DNA from: Camelus ferus
Lineage: Eukaryota
Reading direction: 5' to 3'
DNA: 64,000 nucleotides
Assembly: GCF_009834535.1 (NCBI RefSeq)
Contig: NC_045697.1
Coordinates: 21,702,001 to 21,766,000, forward strand
The notes under the pieces are model-generated. The model worked only from the letters and a program-made list of their open reading frames with translations, was not told where the DNA came from and searched no databases. The translations under genes were made by a program, and so were the position numbers. How positions within the stretch are numbered: position 1 is the first letter of the stretch; every line of letters starts with the position of its first letter. Positions 13,638 through 26,189 of the stretch are shown here, piece by piece.

Positions 13638-13930
13638 TAAAGGGTATGAACTTCCAGATACAAAATGAATAAGTTCTGGGATATAATAAATAGAATGGTG
13701 ATTATAGTTAACAATATTGTATTGTATATATGAAAGTTGCTAAGAAAGTAGATCTTAAATGTTCTCACCACCCACACAAAAACTGTAATTATGTTAGTTG
13801 ATGAATGTGTTAACTAACCTTATTGCGGTAATCATTTTGCAATATATACATACATATACCAAACCATCACCTTGTACATTTTAAATTACATAAGTTATAT
13901 GTTGATTATATCTCAATAAAGCTAGAAAAG
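13638..13930 (+). mobile_element. L1MA9/10-like 3' end
   Basis: gaataagttctggg...aaagtagatcttaaatgttctcaccac...tatatctcAATAAAgct. Confidence 0.8.
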
Positions 13931-15929
13931 TAATAATATCTGGAGAAAATAATGGATAATTGATTATTACTCTGTTTTATTTTGATCATAAAGTGTTTTT
14001 TAGCCATGATAATCGAACTTTACTCACAAAATTGCTCCCTAGGGGGCAAGGTAAATTGAGTCATTGTTACAAGGGTAGTTGATTAAGGTAAGTAGGCCTT
14101 TAAATCCCCTGTGTAGACACAGCAAAGGTATGATTAATATAAATGTTGAGAAGTAATGCTTTCTTTTCAAATTATGGAAGCTCTCCCCACCCCAAGTAAT
14201 TTGAACACTAATCTAGGATGTCTTTGTGGTTGATTATTTGTTTTCTTTTTAGATTGTTATTTATCCTTTCTTCTCTGATTCAGTCAAGTACATTTATTTA
14301 TTTATTCATTTATTGCTTTTTAATGCATCAGAATTCTGAAACTTCTCAGATTCTACACCTAATCATTGTAGAGTTTTAAACATGTGAAACATACAGATCA
14401 AGGATTAACAGAAATATTGAAGTATCCAGACTGTTAATCCTTCCCCTGTAGTCCACCAGGGAACAGCAGCAGACATATCCAGTGAACAATTTGCACTTCA
14501 GTTCAAGCTCATTGCTGAAAACATGAAAATACTCCTATCAAGGGTGGGCGTGTCAACTTGTTTCAGCTTTGCATGGACACATAATCTTCTTATAGAACTA
14601 ATCTAAATTGTAAAATATGGGCAATTCACGATTATTATTAATGTATGGTCATCGCCATCTCTACAAATACTGAGTGAACTTTGGAACTGAATTTAGCATC
14701 TTGACCGTTCCACAGCAAGCATGGTTTCAAGAATATGGCCAATTTGGTAACCACGTGAAATCACTATTCCTACCTCCAAGTTATCCCGGGACTCTTTCTT
14801 ACTAATTCTAGTGTATATGACCCTTTCTAGTCGTCCTCTCTACAACTAGAGAGGAAGGAAAACATTTATTCTGTCATAACATAAAACATCAACTATATTG
14901 TCCTATTTCTAAAGGAGAAACCTCTTGCTCTCTCTTAAAATGAAAATAAACCTTTTTTAATATCAACAACACAAAGCAACAACAACAAAAAATTAGACAA
15001 GGTTTAGTTCAGTAGTGTCCAAAATAGAACTATACTGGGACTTTTCTTAAAGATCATTAGTGTGTGATCTCCACTGCCCAGAAAGCTCTCATTGGTACAA
15101 ACACAGTTCTGGAATAGACAGACCTTCCTGACCCCTCACTTCTTAAATGTGTATTTTTTTTTTAACAGAGTTTTTGGTTTCAGGTAAAAACCTACATGAG
15201 AACATCTTACAAAAACATAATTTTCAGGTTAATATTGCAAGTATGTTCAACAAAGATTTAAATAAGTTAGCAGGCGTATTTTGTACATTCATAAGAATAT
15301 ATTGTCTAAGTTGATTTTATCATATGCTAAAATAGAAATATACATTCTAGAGATAATGTTTGTTCATGAATTGTGGGTATTGCCTAAAAGTGGAGGTCTG
15401 AACCACATTCTAGGATGCAGAAGTTCTGGTCAATTAAATGGCTCTATAGTAAAACTCCAAGTCACTTTTAATTCATCAGTGTTCAAAGCAAACCTATAAA
15501 ATTCATTTCCTTTCCATATGGCATTATCTTGGTCACAAATACTAAGAAAATTTTTAAAAACATGAGTGACTCAAAATGCAAGGGATAATGACTTTAAAAT
15601 GCATAATGTAAGTTTCTGCACTGTAGATTTCTCCATACTTTGTTTTTACCTGCATTTACTATTAAAATCAGTTTGCAATTCGTAAACATACAATAATTGG
15701 TGCAGGCAGGCAGAGGGTCCAGAGATTCGTAGAAGAAATATTCCCAGAATTAAAAACAGACTAGAATAGATCAGTGCAGCCAAATTCTCACAAGGATAAT
15801 TAGGAATGAGCAAGATATAAAGCACACAGTAAAGAAAATCTATATAGGACCCATTTCCATTTAAATTAGTTGTTTTCTCTCCTAATGGGAGGCAGTAATA
15901 ATGATGAAGACAAATGATAAGGGGAGTAA

Positions 15930-16185
15930 TTGTACTATTAATGGCAACTAGCACTGAATTAAATGATCACTCTGCAAATAGTATCTCATTTAATTTTCTT
16001 TGCAAATAGTATCTCATTTAATTCTCATAAGACTCCTACATGGATATATTATAACCTCTATTTAAGAAGAGAACAGTCTTAAGTATATTAAGATATTTTT
16101 TCTGTGTAATATATTTAGAATATGGCAGAACTAGGTTCATACACAGATCTCTGTGAGTCCAGAGCCTAAACTTTCAGTGACTGTA
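15930..16185 (-). mobile_element. MIR fragment (with internal tandem duplication)
   Basis: tatctcatttaattctcataa...ggcagaactagg...agatctctgtgagtccagagcc. Confidence 0.55.
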
Positions 16186-16544
16186 TAATAACAAGTAGTG
16201 CTCACATCCAGATTTATTTGACAGCTTGTTTTCTTACTGTTTACTTTTTTCTCTGTGGATAATACCAAAGCAGTAGTCACGCATCTCTAGCAAGTAAGAA
16301 CTAGAAATTTGAAAGTATTTTTCCAACTATCTCAATGAGATGACATTTGCAAAGGTTTTATATCATTTCATTTTAGTGTCTCAGGAAGACACTGGTTGAA
16401 ATTCTGAGAATTTGGTCAACAGCTAGGACATCTGGCAATGTTCTAATCTTGCTTGCATTTACTTGGAAAACTGTGTTTTCTTAAACATAGGATGATAAAT
16501 TATTTGTGTAATTTCTGCAGGATAAATTGTTACTTTGGGCATTT

Positions 16545-17560
16545 GATGCAGCAGGAGTGACTTTTCTAAAACCTAAATGTGATTATATTAATCCTCAATT
16601 TAAAATACTTCAATGCCTTCCTATTAGTTATAAAATGCAATCAAGACTTTTAGCATTGAATATGTGATCTTGCATTAGTCAATAAACATCTATTGATATC
16701 TAGTATATTAATTGTTATGGTTTAAGGAGCAAATATTTATTGATTTCCTACACAAGAAAGTCCAGAAGTAGGCTGCTCTGGGGCTGGTGCAATGGTTCAA
16801 TGACATCATCAGACAAGATTCTAGGTTTTTTCATCTTTCAGGTCTGTTCAGTATATGGTTTTCTGTCCTCATGCTTATCATCTCATTACAATGAGATGGT
16901 TACAGGATGGCCGTTTTTCTCCAGGCTCATGCCTTCACAACAATCTAACTAGCATTGGGGCTGGTGGAAAAGGGGAAGCTATGCTTATACAAGGAAAAAA
17001 TATAGGCAGACTATATATTTCATGAACTGCCTGTAGTTTCAAGGCAGGGAGCTGGAAAATAGACTTTTGGCTAGGCACACTGGGAACTCCAAATTAATTA
17101 AGGTTTGTATCTTTAAGGAAAAATACTAAAACCGACATTGGGTTGGCATCCATCAGTACCTGACTATTATGAAAAAGAAAAGTGTGTTGGTCATTTGGGT
17201 TAGAAATTATTACAGTTGCTCCTGCTTAGAGTACTTCATATAATCTAGCCTATTTCAACGATCAACAAAGAGCTATCTCTAGTCCTGATCTACCTCTTTG
17301 TTTACTCTGGACTCTATTTTAGCTGACCCACCAATTCCTTGAATTGTCCATGCACTTCCCCTGTTGTCTTATCTTAGCAGTTGCTGTAACTTTGATTTGC
17401 AAAGTCTGTCTTCTTGACATATCTGCTGAGTTTCTGTTTTACCAAGATGTCAGTTTAAGCATTTTCTACTGGCTCAAACATTCTCATATTCTCTTAAATG
17501 CCCATTAAAATACAATCTTCTGTGTCACATCCACTGTGAACATTTGTATATACTTACATG
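16545..17560 (+). mobile_element. L2 fragment interrupted by an MLT1 LTR
   Basis: L2 motifs (gagtgacttttctaaaacctaaatgtgatt...cttcaatgccttcc) at about 16545-16670 resume at about 17230. Confidence 0.5.
16671..17170 (-). mobile_element. MLT1J-like MaLR LTR
   Basis: tgcattagtc start; aagtccagaagtaggctg; gacattgggttggcatccatcagtacctg end. Confidence 0.6.
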
Positions 17561-17949
17561 ATTATGAACAAGTGATTAACAGATCTGAGAATTTACAATA
17601 GATTCAGTCTGTGGTCATAGGAAAGAATTGACAAAATTTGTTTTCAAATGGTTAAGTTATAATGTGACATATATCATTTAACATTTGCAAGCAAGTTTTG
17701 TCAATTTTATCCTTGTGGCCACGAGGATATAAATACATATACATATATAGTTCTGTGCTGGAAGTTTATTCTTAATGAAAAGAAAGTGCTTTGCTCAGCT
17801 AAATTACTAAACTTCAGCCATGGTAGAAGAGATAGTAGTGGAGATGTGAATAAATAATCTAGATGTTGTCATGTGCTATGGTGACACACATTAGTGACCA
17901 AGTAATGTTGGATAACCGTCTATAATTTTGAATATATCATTCAGTAAAT

Positions 17950-18180
17950 AACATTAGTATAGCACTTTAGTGTTTCCAGTTTGCTTTTATATCCTATCTT
18001 AGTTGATCTGTAAAAAAATCTGGTAAGGTAGAGATGATAAATATCATTATCTCTCTTTTACAGAACAGGTATGTGTGTGGTTCAGAGAGGTTCACAGATG
18101 TGCCAAGGATCAAATCATGAGTGGTAAAATTGGAAATTAAATGCAGATCTTTTTATTCCAATTTAATATTTAGTTAACTA
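17950..18180 (-). mobile_element. MIR SINE
   Basis: tagcacttta...tcattatctctcttttacaga...ttcagagaggtt...gccaaggatca. Confidence 0.65.
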
Positions 18181-18387
18181 TATAATTCTGACTTTTGTTG
18201 TGAATATGATTATATAAAGATTATGTACTTTTGTTCTCCTGAGTGTTTTCTATTTGTATATTTATTAGTAACGAATGATATTGAGTTATAATTATTTTTA
18301 AAATGTTATATAAACCCTAAACATCTTGAACACAACTTATTTTTCTATATCGCTCATTATTGGAAGTCTAAGTTGCCAATCCTTGGA

Positions 18388-18500
18388 AAAGTAAACAACT
18401 TGTCAAGGTTTGCCAAGGACTTTCCTGTTTTTAAAACTAAAAAGTCCCAAGTCCCAGTAACCTCCTCAGTCCTGGCAAAATCAGAACACTTGGTCACCCT
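18388..18500. mobile_element. MER81-like hAT-Blackjack MITE
   Basis: ggtttgccaaggactttcctg...aaagtccc...cctcagtcctggcaaa...ttggtcaccct; about 113 bp, fits recalled MER81. Confidence 0.7.
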
Positions 18501-19841
18501 CCTGTCAGTGGGGAAAACATAAAATGCTAAGCCCTATATTCTTTTGAGCAATCTTAGAATTATTGATGCTTCAATCAATAATTTAATAAGGAATCTTGAA
18601 AGATGGGAAGTTGTTGACAGTTTAACAAAGAGTTCAACTAGTCATATCTCATTAGTCACACAAATTTTAATATTTATATTCTATGAATTATTAGTTAATT
18701 TTACATATCTTATCAAAGTATCATAGCATTTGACTTTGAAAGAAATTTCATAACTAGTCTAAGCTTGCTGACTTTTATATTTGAGAGTAAAAATATTTGG
18801 ATTCAAACGTTTTTGAAAGAAATGATGTATCTTCATTTAAAAGGGTAAACTATGTCAATAAGGGAACTAAATTTTACCCATCACTATTAAATGATAAAGC
18901 ATCATCACTTCATTTACAGAGTAACTATCTTGATCATAAAAATACAAAAGGACATGAAAGAATTGCAAATATAAAGCTCACGGACAGAATAAAAATAGCA
19001 TTTTTCATTAGAATGGATTGGACTATAAAAATATTTAACACATACTGAAGAGAGGACTTCTGCAGCATAGAATAGTAATGGATGATAAACTAATGATGGT
19101 AATAGTAATAGTATGGCAAACTGTCTTTAAATAGTTCCAAAGATGAGAAAACCCACCAATTACGGTAAAAATAGCTAGCCATTCCCTTCTTGTAACCAGA
19201 TGCTTTTTTTTTTAGGAAGACTGGGTATCCGTCCTGATCCAGGAATAGTCTGAGGGAACAGAAACCTGTCAAGCCTTTAATAGCTGAGAAGTGGTAAATT
19301 CTTGAGTGATAGGATGAAAACTAGTGAAGACCCCAAAAGCTGTTTGCGTATGTAATATTCGTTGAGTTCCAGAGCTGTGATGGAGGCTAAGGCTCTGAGT
19401 TAAATGCTTCTAAATAGAAAATTGAATAAAACAGTCTCCTAATAACTTGTGAGACAAAGTTCTGATGGAGTGCATGAGCTTGTCTCAAAAACGTGGCCAT
19501 TTTTCCCTCAAAACATTTGTCAGAGATTGAAGAGTATGGGAGGCAGAGAAGACACAGATCTAAAATAAAAACACGTCAAGAAGGGGACTAAATTTCCCAC
19601 ATGCTTCTGGGACTCAGAAGGCAGAGAACCACCAGATTCTCAGTAAAAACACAGACGAAATTCGAGGATGTGAAACTCATGGATGAGAAGGGTCGACCCG
19701 TGCATGGTACTCAGCTATGTTATATAAGAGACTTGAGCAGCTTCAGAATTTATTATTTGCCAGGGCTCCAGAAACCCATCCCCCATGGATACCTAGGGAT
19801 GGCTGTACATAATCTCCTCTGGCATTTAAAAACACCATTCT

Positions 19842-20156
19842 TACAAAGCAGAAACAGACTCACAGACATAGAAAACAAACTTATAGGTACCAAGGCAGGA
19901 GAGGGATAAGTTAGGAGATTGGAATTAGCAGATGCAAGGTACTATATATAAAATAGATAAACAACAAGGTCCTACTGTATAGCATAGGGAAGTATATTCA
20001 GTACCTTATAATAATCTGTAATTAAAAATATGAAAAATAATATGTATGAAAAAGAATGTATGTATGACTGAGTCACTATGCTGTACACTAGAAACTAACA
20101 GAGCATTGTAAATAACTATACTTCAATAAAAATAAAATAAAATAAAAATAAAAAAT
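19842..20156 (+). mobile_element. Severely 5'-truncated L1 (3'UTR + A-rich tail) with TSD
   Basis: TSD aaaaacaccattct at 19828-19841 and 20157-20170; TT/AAAA target; AATAAA and (AAAAT)n tail. Confidence 0.9.
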
Positions 20157-20169
20157 AAAAACACCATTC

Positions 20170-20720
20170 TGTTCTCTTGATCAGAAAAGGCCTGAACCCT
20201 ACATAAATCTCTTGATAGTGTGGATAATTTGAGTCTCTCATTGTAAGATTCTTAGGAATGCCTCTGTACCCTGTGAATCTTGATACACCCTTCTTGTATA
20301 TATATGGTTGTGGGTCTTTCTTAATATATCTACCACCCCCAGAGGTGGGGCTTTCTATCTGGAAATACTTGTCTTTCTTTAACTTTCAGCAATTTTCCTC
20401 TATTTTTCATTTTCCTATTGTCCCTTTGTCCTTTTCAATCAACAAATTATTTTAAAGCATCTGGATTTATTAAATTCTCTCCTGTTCTCAATTGCTTGGA
20501 CCACTCGTGCTACATTCTTTGTCTCAATCTTCCACTCACTGACTTGATCTTTAGCTGTGTCTATGCTCCAAGCATCTCAACTGTTAGAATTATGCTTTAA
20601 TAATTTAATATTTCTGATATTTAAGGACTACAACTGCGCCTATTTCACTGTATCTTATTTTTAAAGTATATAGTTGCAAAATCCAATTAAGTCTATGTAA
20701 GATTTTGATCACAGCAGAAA
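20170..20720 (-). mobile_element. Old L1/HAL1 ORF1-like remnant
   Basis: T-rich tract resembling antisense decayed ORF1. Confidence 0.3.
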
Positions 20721-21609
20721 TAATTTACTACATGTGGTGAATGATTTACCAAAATAGTAGAAATAATTTACCAAAAGTTTAATGAGAGGAAGCAGAGAGT
20801 AGACATACTTCAAGGAAAAAGTCTTTCATCAGCCATTTCCACAGCAGGGCCAGGACAATAACTGAAGAAGGATTTGCCATTCTGTGTGGATTGTGACCGT
20901 GTGCGAACTGCCAGGCTGTGAATGGCCAGTCAGTGCTGGTTGATCCACACAGCTTGGACAGCAGTGCTGATTGTAAGAGGATGACTGAACATGGCTCTAT
21001 CAGAAAAGATTTCTTGCTGTAAAAATACTATAAATGCCATTGAACCAAGGCAGTTTACCACTAGCATGAGGTGTCATAGATGGACATGCTGAAAGAAGTT
21101 CGAAAAACAAAGGTGTAACAGATACTATCGCTGGAACTTCGGAAGAGATAGTGTGTCTTTCCTCTTAGATGCTGAGCATGCCATTACTTCAGTGACTACA
21201 ACTTCTCAAGGAAAATGTTTCTGAGCATGGTATTGGAACTAGGAAAATATTTTTGTTAAATAAACATTTTAAAAAATGATGTCATGACTTAATATGTTTG
21301 GCATATTAGTTCTTGTCATTATATATTTAATACTTTATGTTATTTTGGTCATTATTCGGGTTAATTCATGTGATTTTAAACCACGCAAAGTGATGTTATA
21401 TATTTAATGAATGTTTTCACTGGTTTCAACTACATATGTACATAGAGATATACCTTTGATAATACTTTTTTTGATTTTTAAAATATAAAATTTCAGGCTA
21501 AAAATCTACATATTATCTGTGGTAAAAATTTGTTGCACTTTATTTCTATATTATCACTATATCGTCTGTGAACACATACAGAGGGAACACGAGGAAGACA
21601 CGCAGCTCA

Positions 21610-22250
21610 GATCACTCAACCTCTTTTATCCTTACCTACTCTAAGTCAGTAAATCACAGTGGAAAATCTACAGAGGCACTTGCCCAGGCTCCCTTGAAGC
21701 CAGGAGTGGCTTTACAGTGAAATGTCAGCACAGGTCTGATGACACTACCTCCTCCTTCTCTGCTTCCCTCTTCTTTCTTGGAACACACAGACATGCTGTT
21801 ACCAAGAGGATAAGGAGGAAAATAATTGCACAGACTTTGGCAAAGACATTACGGCGTCATTAGTTCAGCAGCTGCCTCTCTCCCAACTTCTTTGTTTGTT
21901 TGTTTGTTTAATTGAAGTATAGTTAGTTTACTATGTTGTGTCAATTTCTGGTGTACAGCATAATGTTTCAGTCGTATGTATACATACATATATTCCTTTT
22001 CATACTCTTTTTCATTATAGGTTACTACAAGATATTGAATATAGTTCCCCATGCTATAGAGTAGAAACTTGTTTATCTATTTTATACATAGTAGTTAGTA
22101 CCCGCAAATCTTGAACTCACAATTTATCCTTCCCCACCCTTTTCCCCTCAACTTTTTACTATGAGAGAAAGAAACATTATTCATATGTTTAATACAACAA
22201 AAGTCAAGTTTTCTGTTATTTTCAGCTGAAATCTTATTTCACTGACATTA
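21610..22250 (+). mobile_element. MLT1-type MaLR LTR interrupted by an L1 3' end
   Basis: cccaggctcccttgaagccagg on the left; tatgagagaaagaaac...ttttctgttattttcagctgaa...ctgaca end on the right. Confidence 0.55.
21891..22148 (-). mobile_element. Truncated L1 3' end, cetartiodactyl type
   Basis: (TTTG)n tail, then attgaagtatagttagtttac...aagatattgaatatagttccc; homologous to the 19842-20156 copy. Confidence 0.85.
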
Positions 22251-24884
22251 AAAGATTGATTTGTAGATGAAATTGGATTTATACTATCAATGTCATTTGA
22301 ATCTCCGGTATGTTAAACTGAATTTCCTTTAAGAGTTAGTAAAACAATAAAAATAGAAGTGAAAGGGAAGAAATTACTGAAAAATCAGATCATATTTTTA
22401 CAAACGATATGTTTGTAAAAAATGATACCAAACTTAAGAAATATGTTAAGAATAATTATGCTGTTAGAGACGTTATTTTAACAATTTAAGCTTCTTAATA
22501 TTCTACTGACTCTCCTCTGTGAAAAATGAGGAAGCTGCTATACTGGGCGTCCCTGCTGACTCCCATTCTTCTCTCTCATTGTTTTGTTAATTGAGTTATT
22601 ATTTTACAGTGATAAGATTTATAATATTCACATTTTATCAATATTTTGAAATAGTAGGTTTCTTTATTTTTTTAAGAGACATAATGCCCACACCTTACTT
22701 CTCCATTCCTGCTTTCTGCAATTATTTGGCTGATTATTTGGCCATATTTTGCTAAGGACCTCAAATATGTTTTTTCCTGAGATTCTGGCATAATGAAAAA
22801 TTTTTGTCTGTTGCCTTTGTAATTGAAGGAAATTTAGCCTTGTATGAATTACTGAGCCGCTTTTTGTTTTTCAAGAACTACACAGATATTACTCAATTGT
22901 AATTTTAAAACAATCTTTATTTCAGGAAAATTTTTCTTTCCATCACACCTAAATCCTCATATCCCATTTAGTTCTTTGTCAGAAGCCACAATTTTGCTTA
23001 TGTTATTATTCTTAAGAATACTGCATATTCCAAATCCTTTATCTTCTCAAAAGTCATCCATTAATCACTTTACATTTCAATATTTTATTATCCATTATGA
23101 GATAATCACTCATAATCATGGTAGGATTTTGAGTTGCATTTGTTTTTATGTCCCTTGCTTCTAATATGAAGATATCTTTTTCTGGCCTATTATTTTCTGC
23201 TAGATGCTTTTCATCTCTTTCACATTTCTATGATCTATTCTTCAATCATATCTACCTAATCTTTGAGCTTCTTTGAAGCTATGTTTCTTACAAATGTTAC
23301 TTGTTTTCTTAGATAAATGCTCTTGGAACATAGTGTCTTCACTGCTTCAGCCTTGCGTGCTTCCTCTTTTTTAATGGACAGGTCACGTCTTGTGTCTTTC
23401 CTGATTATCACTCATCCTTTAGTGGAGTAAACTGTTTGTTAGCAAAGATTATGGAAATTAGAGAGTGCAGTAAGATGGGGCAGCTCTCAGCTTCAGCTAC
23501 GGTATGTCGTATCAACATAACATTTGTTTTGTTCAAAGGAAGAAAAACATTCCTGCATTTTTGCTGTTTAAAATCTGTGAATCACAGATAAGCCCTTTAT
23601 AGCTCAGGCTCTCTGTGTTGATAGTTTTCTTAGCTTTTCTTCCATCACCCTGCCTTACATCTGTTCATCTCCCTCGGTAAAAGTTGGACTGTAGTATTTA
23701 TCAATACAGATTTTCATTTGAGTCCACCTTTCAGTCCATTGTGCAGAACCTAACTAGGTCATTCCTAGGACACAGTTCTAGAGTTTATCACTCTCACCAC
23801 TAGTCAATTTCATATCACTTTCAAAACTATGATATTTATTTTAGGGGGAAATTTAACTTTTGTTTTAAAGAGTAATAAGCTACAGAAGACCCCCAGAAAT
23901 AATAGCCTTAAATTTTGGGTGAGACTTGACTTTACCATGTAAATAAAGTAATGGCAATTGCCTACCATGTTTAAACAAACTGTGTTCATTCTCTGAAATA
24001 CAGAATGCCTGTCTATAAAAGGAAAAGAGATCATACAAGCTGTAAATCTCCTATTAAAAGTCCTTCTTGGTTTAGAATTCATTTATTTACTTCTGATGGC
24101 TCTATTAAAATTTGATGTGGGTTTGGCAAGAAAAGCAATCCCTCGTTGTCTTCAATGAGCTAAGACATTTTATGTTTGACTATCACACAGGGTCCATGGC
24201 TTGTGCATCTAGGAAAGCAGTTCAAGCCAGAACCTCTGTTCTCCACATGTGTTCTCCTGGAGGGACTTGCTGAGGACTGGCTCTACATCACAGGAAATAT
24301 CTCTGCCATCTTCCCCCACTGTTGAAGCTCCCATGTTTACTGCCTTTTAGACAGGTGAATAATCAAACCAAATTATCAGAGAGAGGGCAGAAGTATGGCA
24401 GGTAATATCTAGGCATTACTAGGGTCTTTGATGGAAATTGCTTGAAATTTATACATAATGGGATATCCTTATTAATTCTAGCTATATGCTACTTTAAAAA
24501 ACTACCCTGGTGGTTGAACTTTTTATCTAGGGAGTCTGTTATGGTATTAAGCAAATTACAACTTCTGTCATAACTATCCGTATGCTTTGTTATTTTTGCT
24601 ACTATATAGATAACACCTTAAAGGCAAATACTGCTATACTTCAGCTTGTGGTCATTCCTGTAAAATCTTCATCCTAATTACTCAATAAAAGCTTGATGAA
24701 TAAATAAAAAGACAACATATTTCTAACACAAGGAAACTATAAGCCAAGCTGTAATTATTGGATGACAGGGGTAAAAAAATGTACCATAAAATATAGCTGA
24801 AAAAAAGAGAATAAGTATATTTACATAAACTCTATTTTTATGGCAAGATATGTGTTCTATTTTGTTTGAACATAGAGACTTGAG

Positions 24885-25270
24885 GAGTATTATTAAGAAG
24901 CCTATGTTAAACCACAGTGGCAAATCAATCATAGAGTTTTAATCATTTAACACACAAAGATTTTTATTTCTATCTCTCAACATACAGCTAATGTTGGTCA
25001 GGATAGGAGAAAGTTTCTCTGTTCACACCTTCACTCACAGACCCAGGCTGATTGAGCCTCTACCATCCGATAATTACAAAGGGACCTCGTGACCTCCTTT
25101 TTCATTCTAATGAATGAAAAGAGGGCATAGCACACTTGCTACCTTACACTTCATTCCTTTACTTCAGAGATGAATACCTTCTGCTTAGAACCCATTGGCT
25201 AAAAGTAGCCACGTCACCTCTCCTGAATGCACAGAGGCTGTAAAACATGGGGGGCCATACAGCTATTTTG
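24885..25270 (-). mobile_element. Old MLT1-type LTR
   Basis: cactcacagacccaggctgattgagcctctaccatc...cccattggctaaaagtagccacgt. Confidence 0.55.
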
Positions 25271-25332
25271 ATAACAGTAATTATTTTTCCTGTGGGAGAA
25301 GAGAGATAAAGCCCAATTAAATGCATTTTGTG

Positions 25333-25356
25333 GTGTGTGTGTGTGTGTGTGTGTGT
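25333..25356. repeat. (TG)n microsatellite
   Basis: Directly visible. Confidence 0.9.
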
Positions 25357-26189
25357 AAAGTTTAAGTGCATCAGTCAACAAACATATTCTAACAAATACT
25401 GTGTCATCTGTTTGGGAATATAGAATATACTAAAATGTATAAGGCGTGCTACCTGCCTCAAAAAGTTTTCATTCTAATTGTGGACAAATATGTAGTTATT
25501 AAATATCCTATCTATATAAATTATCTTGTCATTTAAGTATCTGGGGATCTTTTAGCGGGGACCAAAAAGTAACTATACTAGATTTAAATACTGCCTGTTA
25601 TTAAATAAGCTGTCTGTATTCCTGTCAAAAATCACTATGGCATTCACCGAACCACATGCAAGGTTTAGGAATTACACAAATGCTCTTTTCTAAATACAAA
25701 CGGGTGGGTCTTAGAAATCTACTGCAGATCCTTTTATCTCATAGTATTATTTTGGCTTTTTTTAATTTTGCTTTGAATATAAAAATTAGAATATTAGATT
25801 AAAATTTCATATATTTCTTTGGTAAAATAGCTTAGAAAATCACATCTATGTTTTATCTGTTTATAAAAGAGATTACGTGGCAAGTAAGAATATTTTCAGC
25901 AATGTGAAAACTCAAGTCATTTTTCTTCCCTTATTTTACTATTTTCCCAAAAAGAAAACAAAATAATATATGGTGAAGCAAATAACTTATGATGTATTGC
26001 AGTAATACTCTCACTACAATCACCAAAAAGTTCAAGAACTAAGCGGAAGTTCAAGACATGAGATGCCTGGGTAACTTTGTACTAACTCAATAATAATTAG
26101 AAAATAAATAAAACTTTCTGTTTAGGTTATAGTCCTGACACTTTCTAGTTACCTTTTTTATCTCATGAAGTACGTCTAAAGAAGTTTTC

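Noticed and set aside
14452..14543. Possible + strand exon (ccctgtag|...HQGTAADISSEQFALQFKLIAENMKILLSR|gtgggc)
   Set aside because: Weak donor, no recognisable protein and no partner exons.
15169..15183. 15-nt microexon-like AG...GT (a similar one at 59677-59691)
   Set aside because: Such motifs occur often by chance in 64 kb and there is no host-gene context.
15646..15954. 102-aa minus-strand ORF ending at a CAG|GTAAAA donor-like site
   Set aside because: No recognisable homology, poor acceptor, and its start overlaps a MIR.
20882..20952. 10-bp inverted repeat ctgtgtggat/atccacacag
   Set aside because: Long, poorly pairing spacer; compatible with chance.
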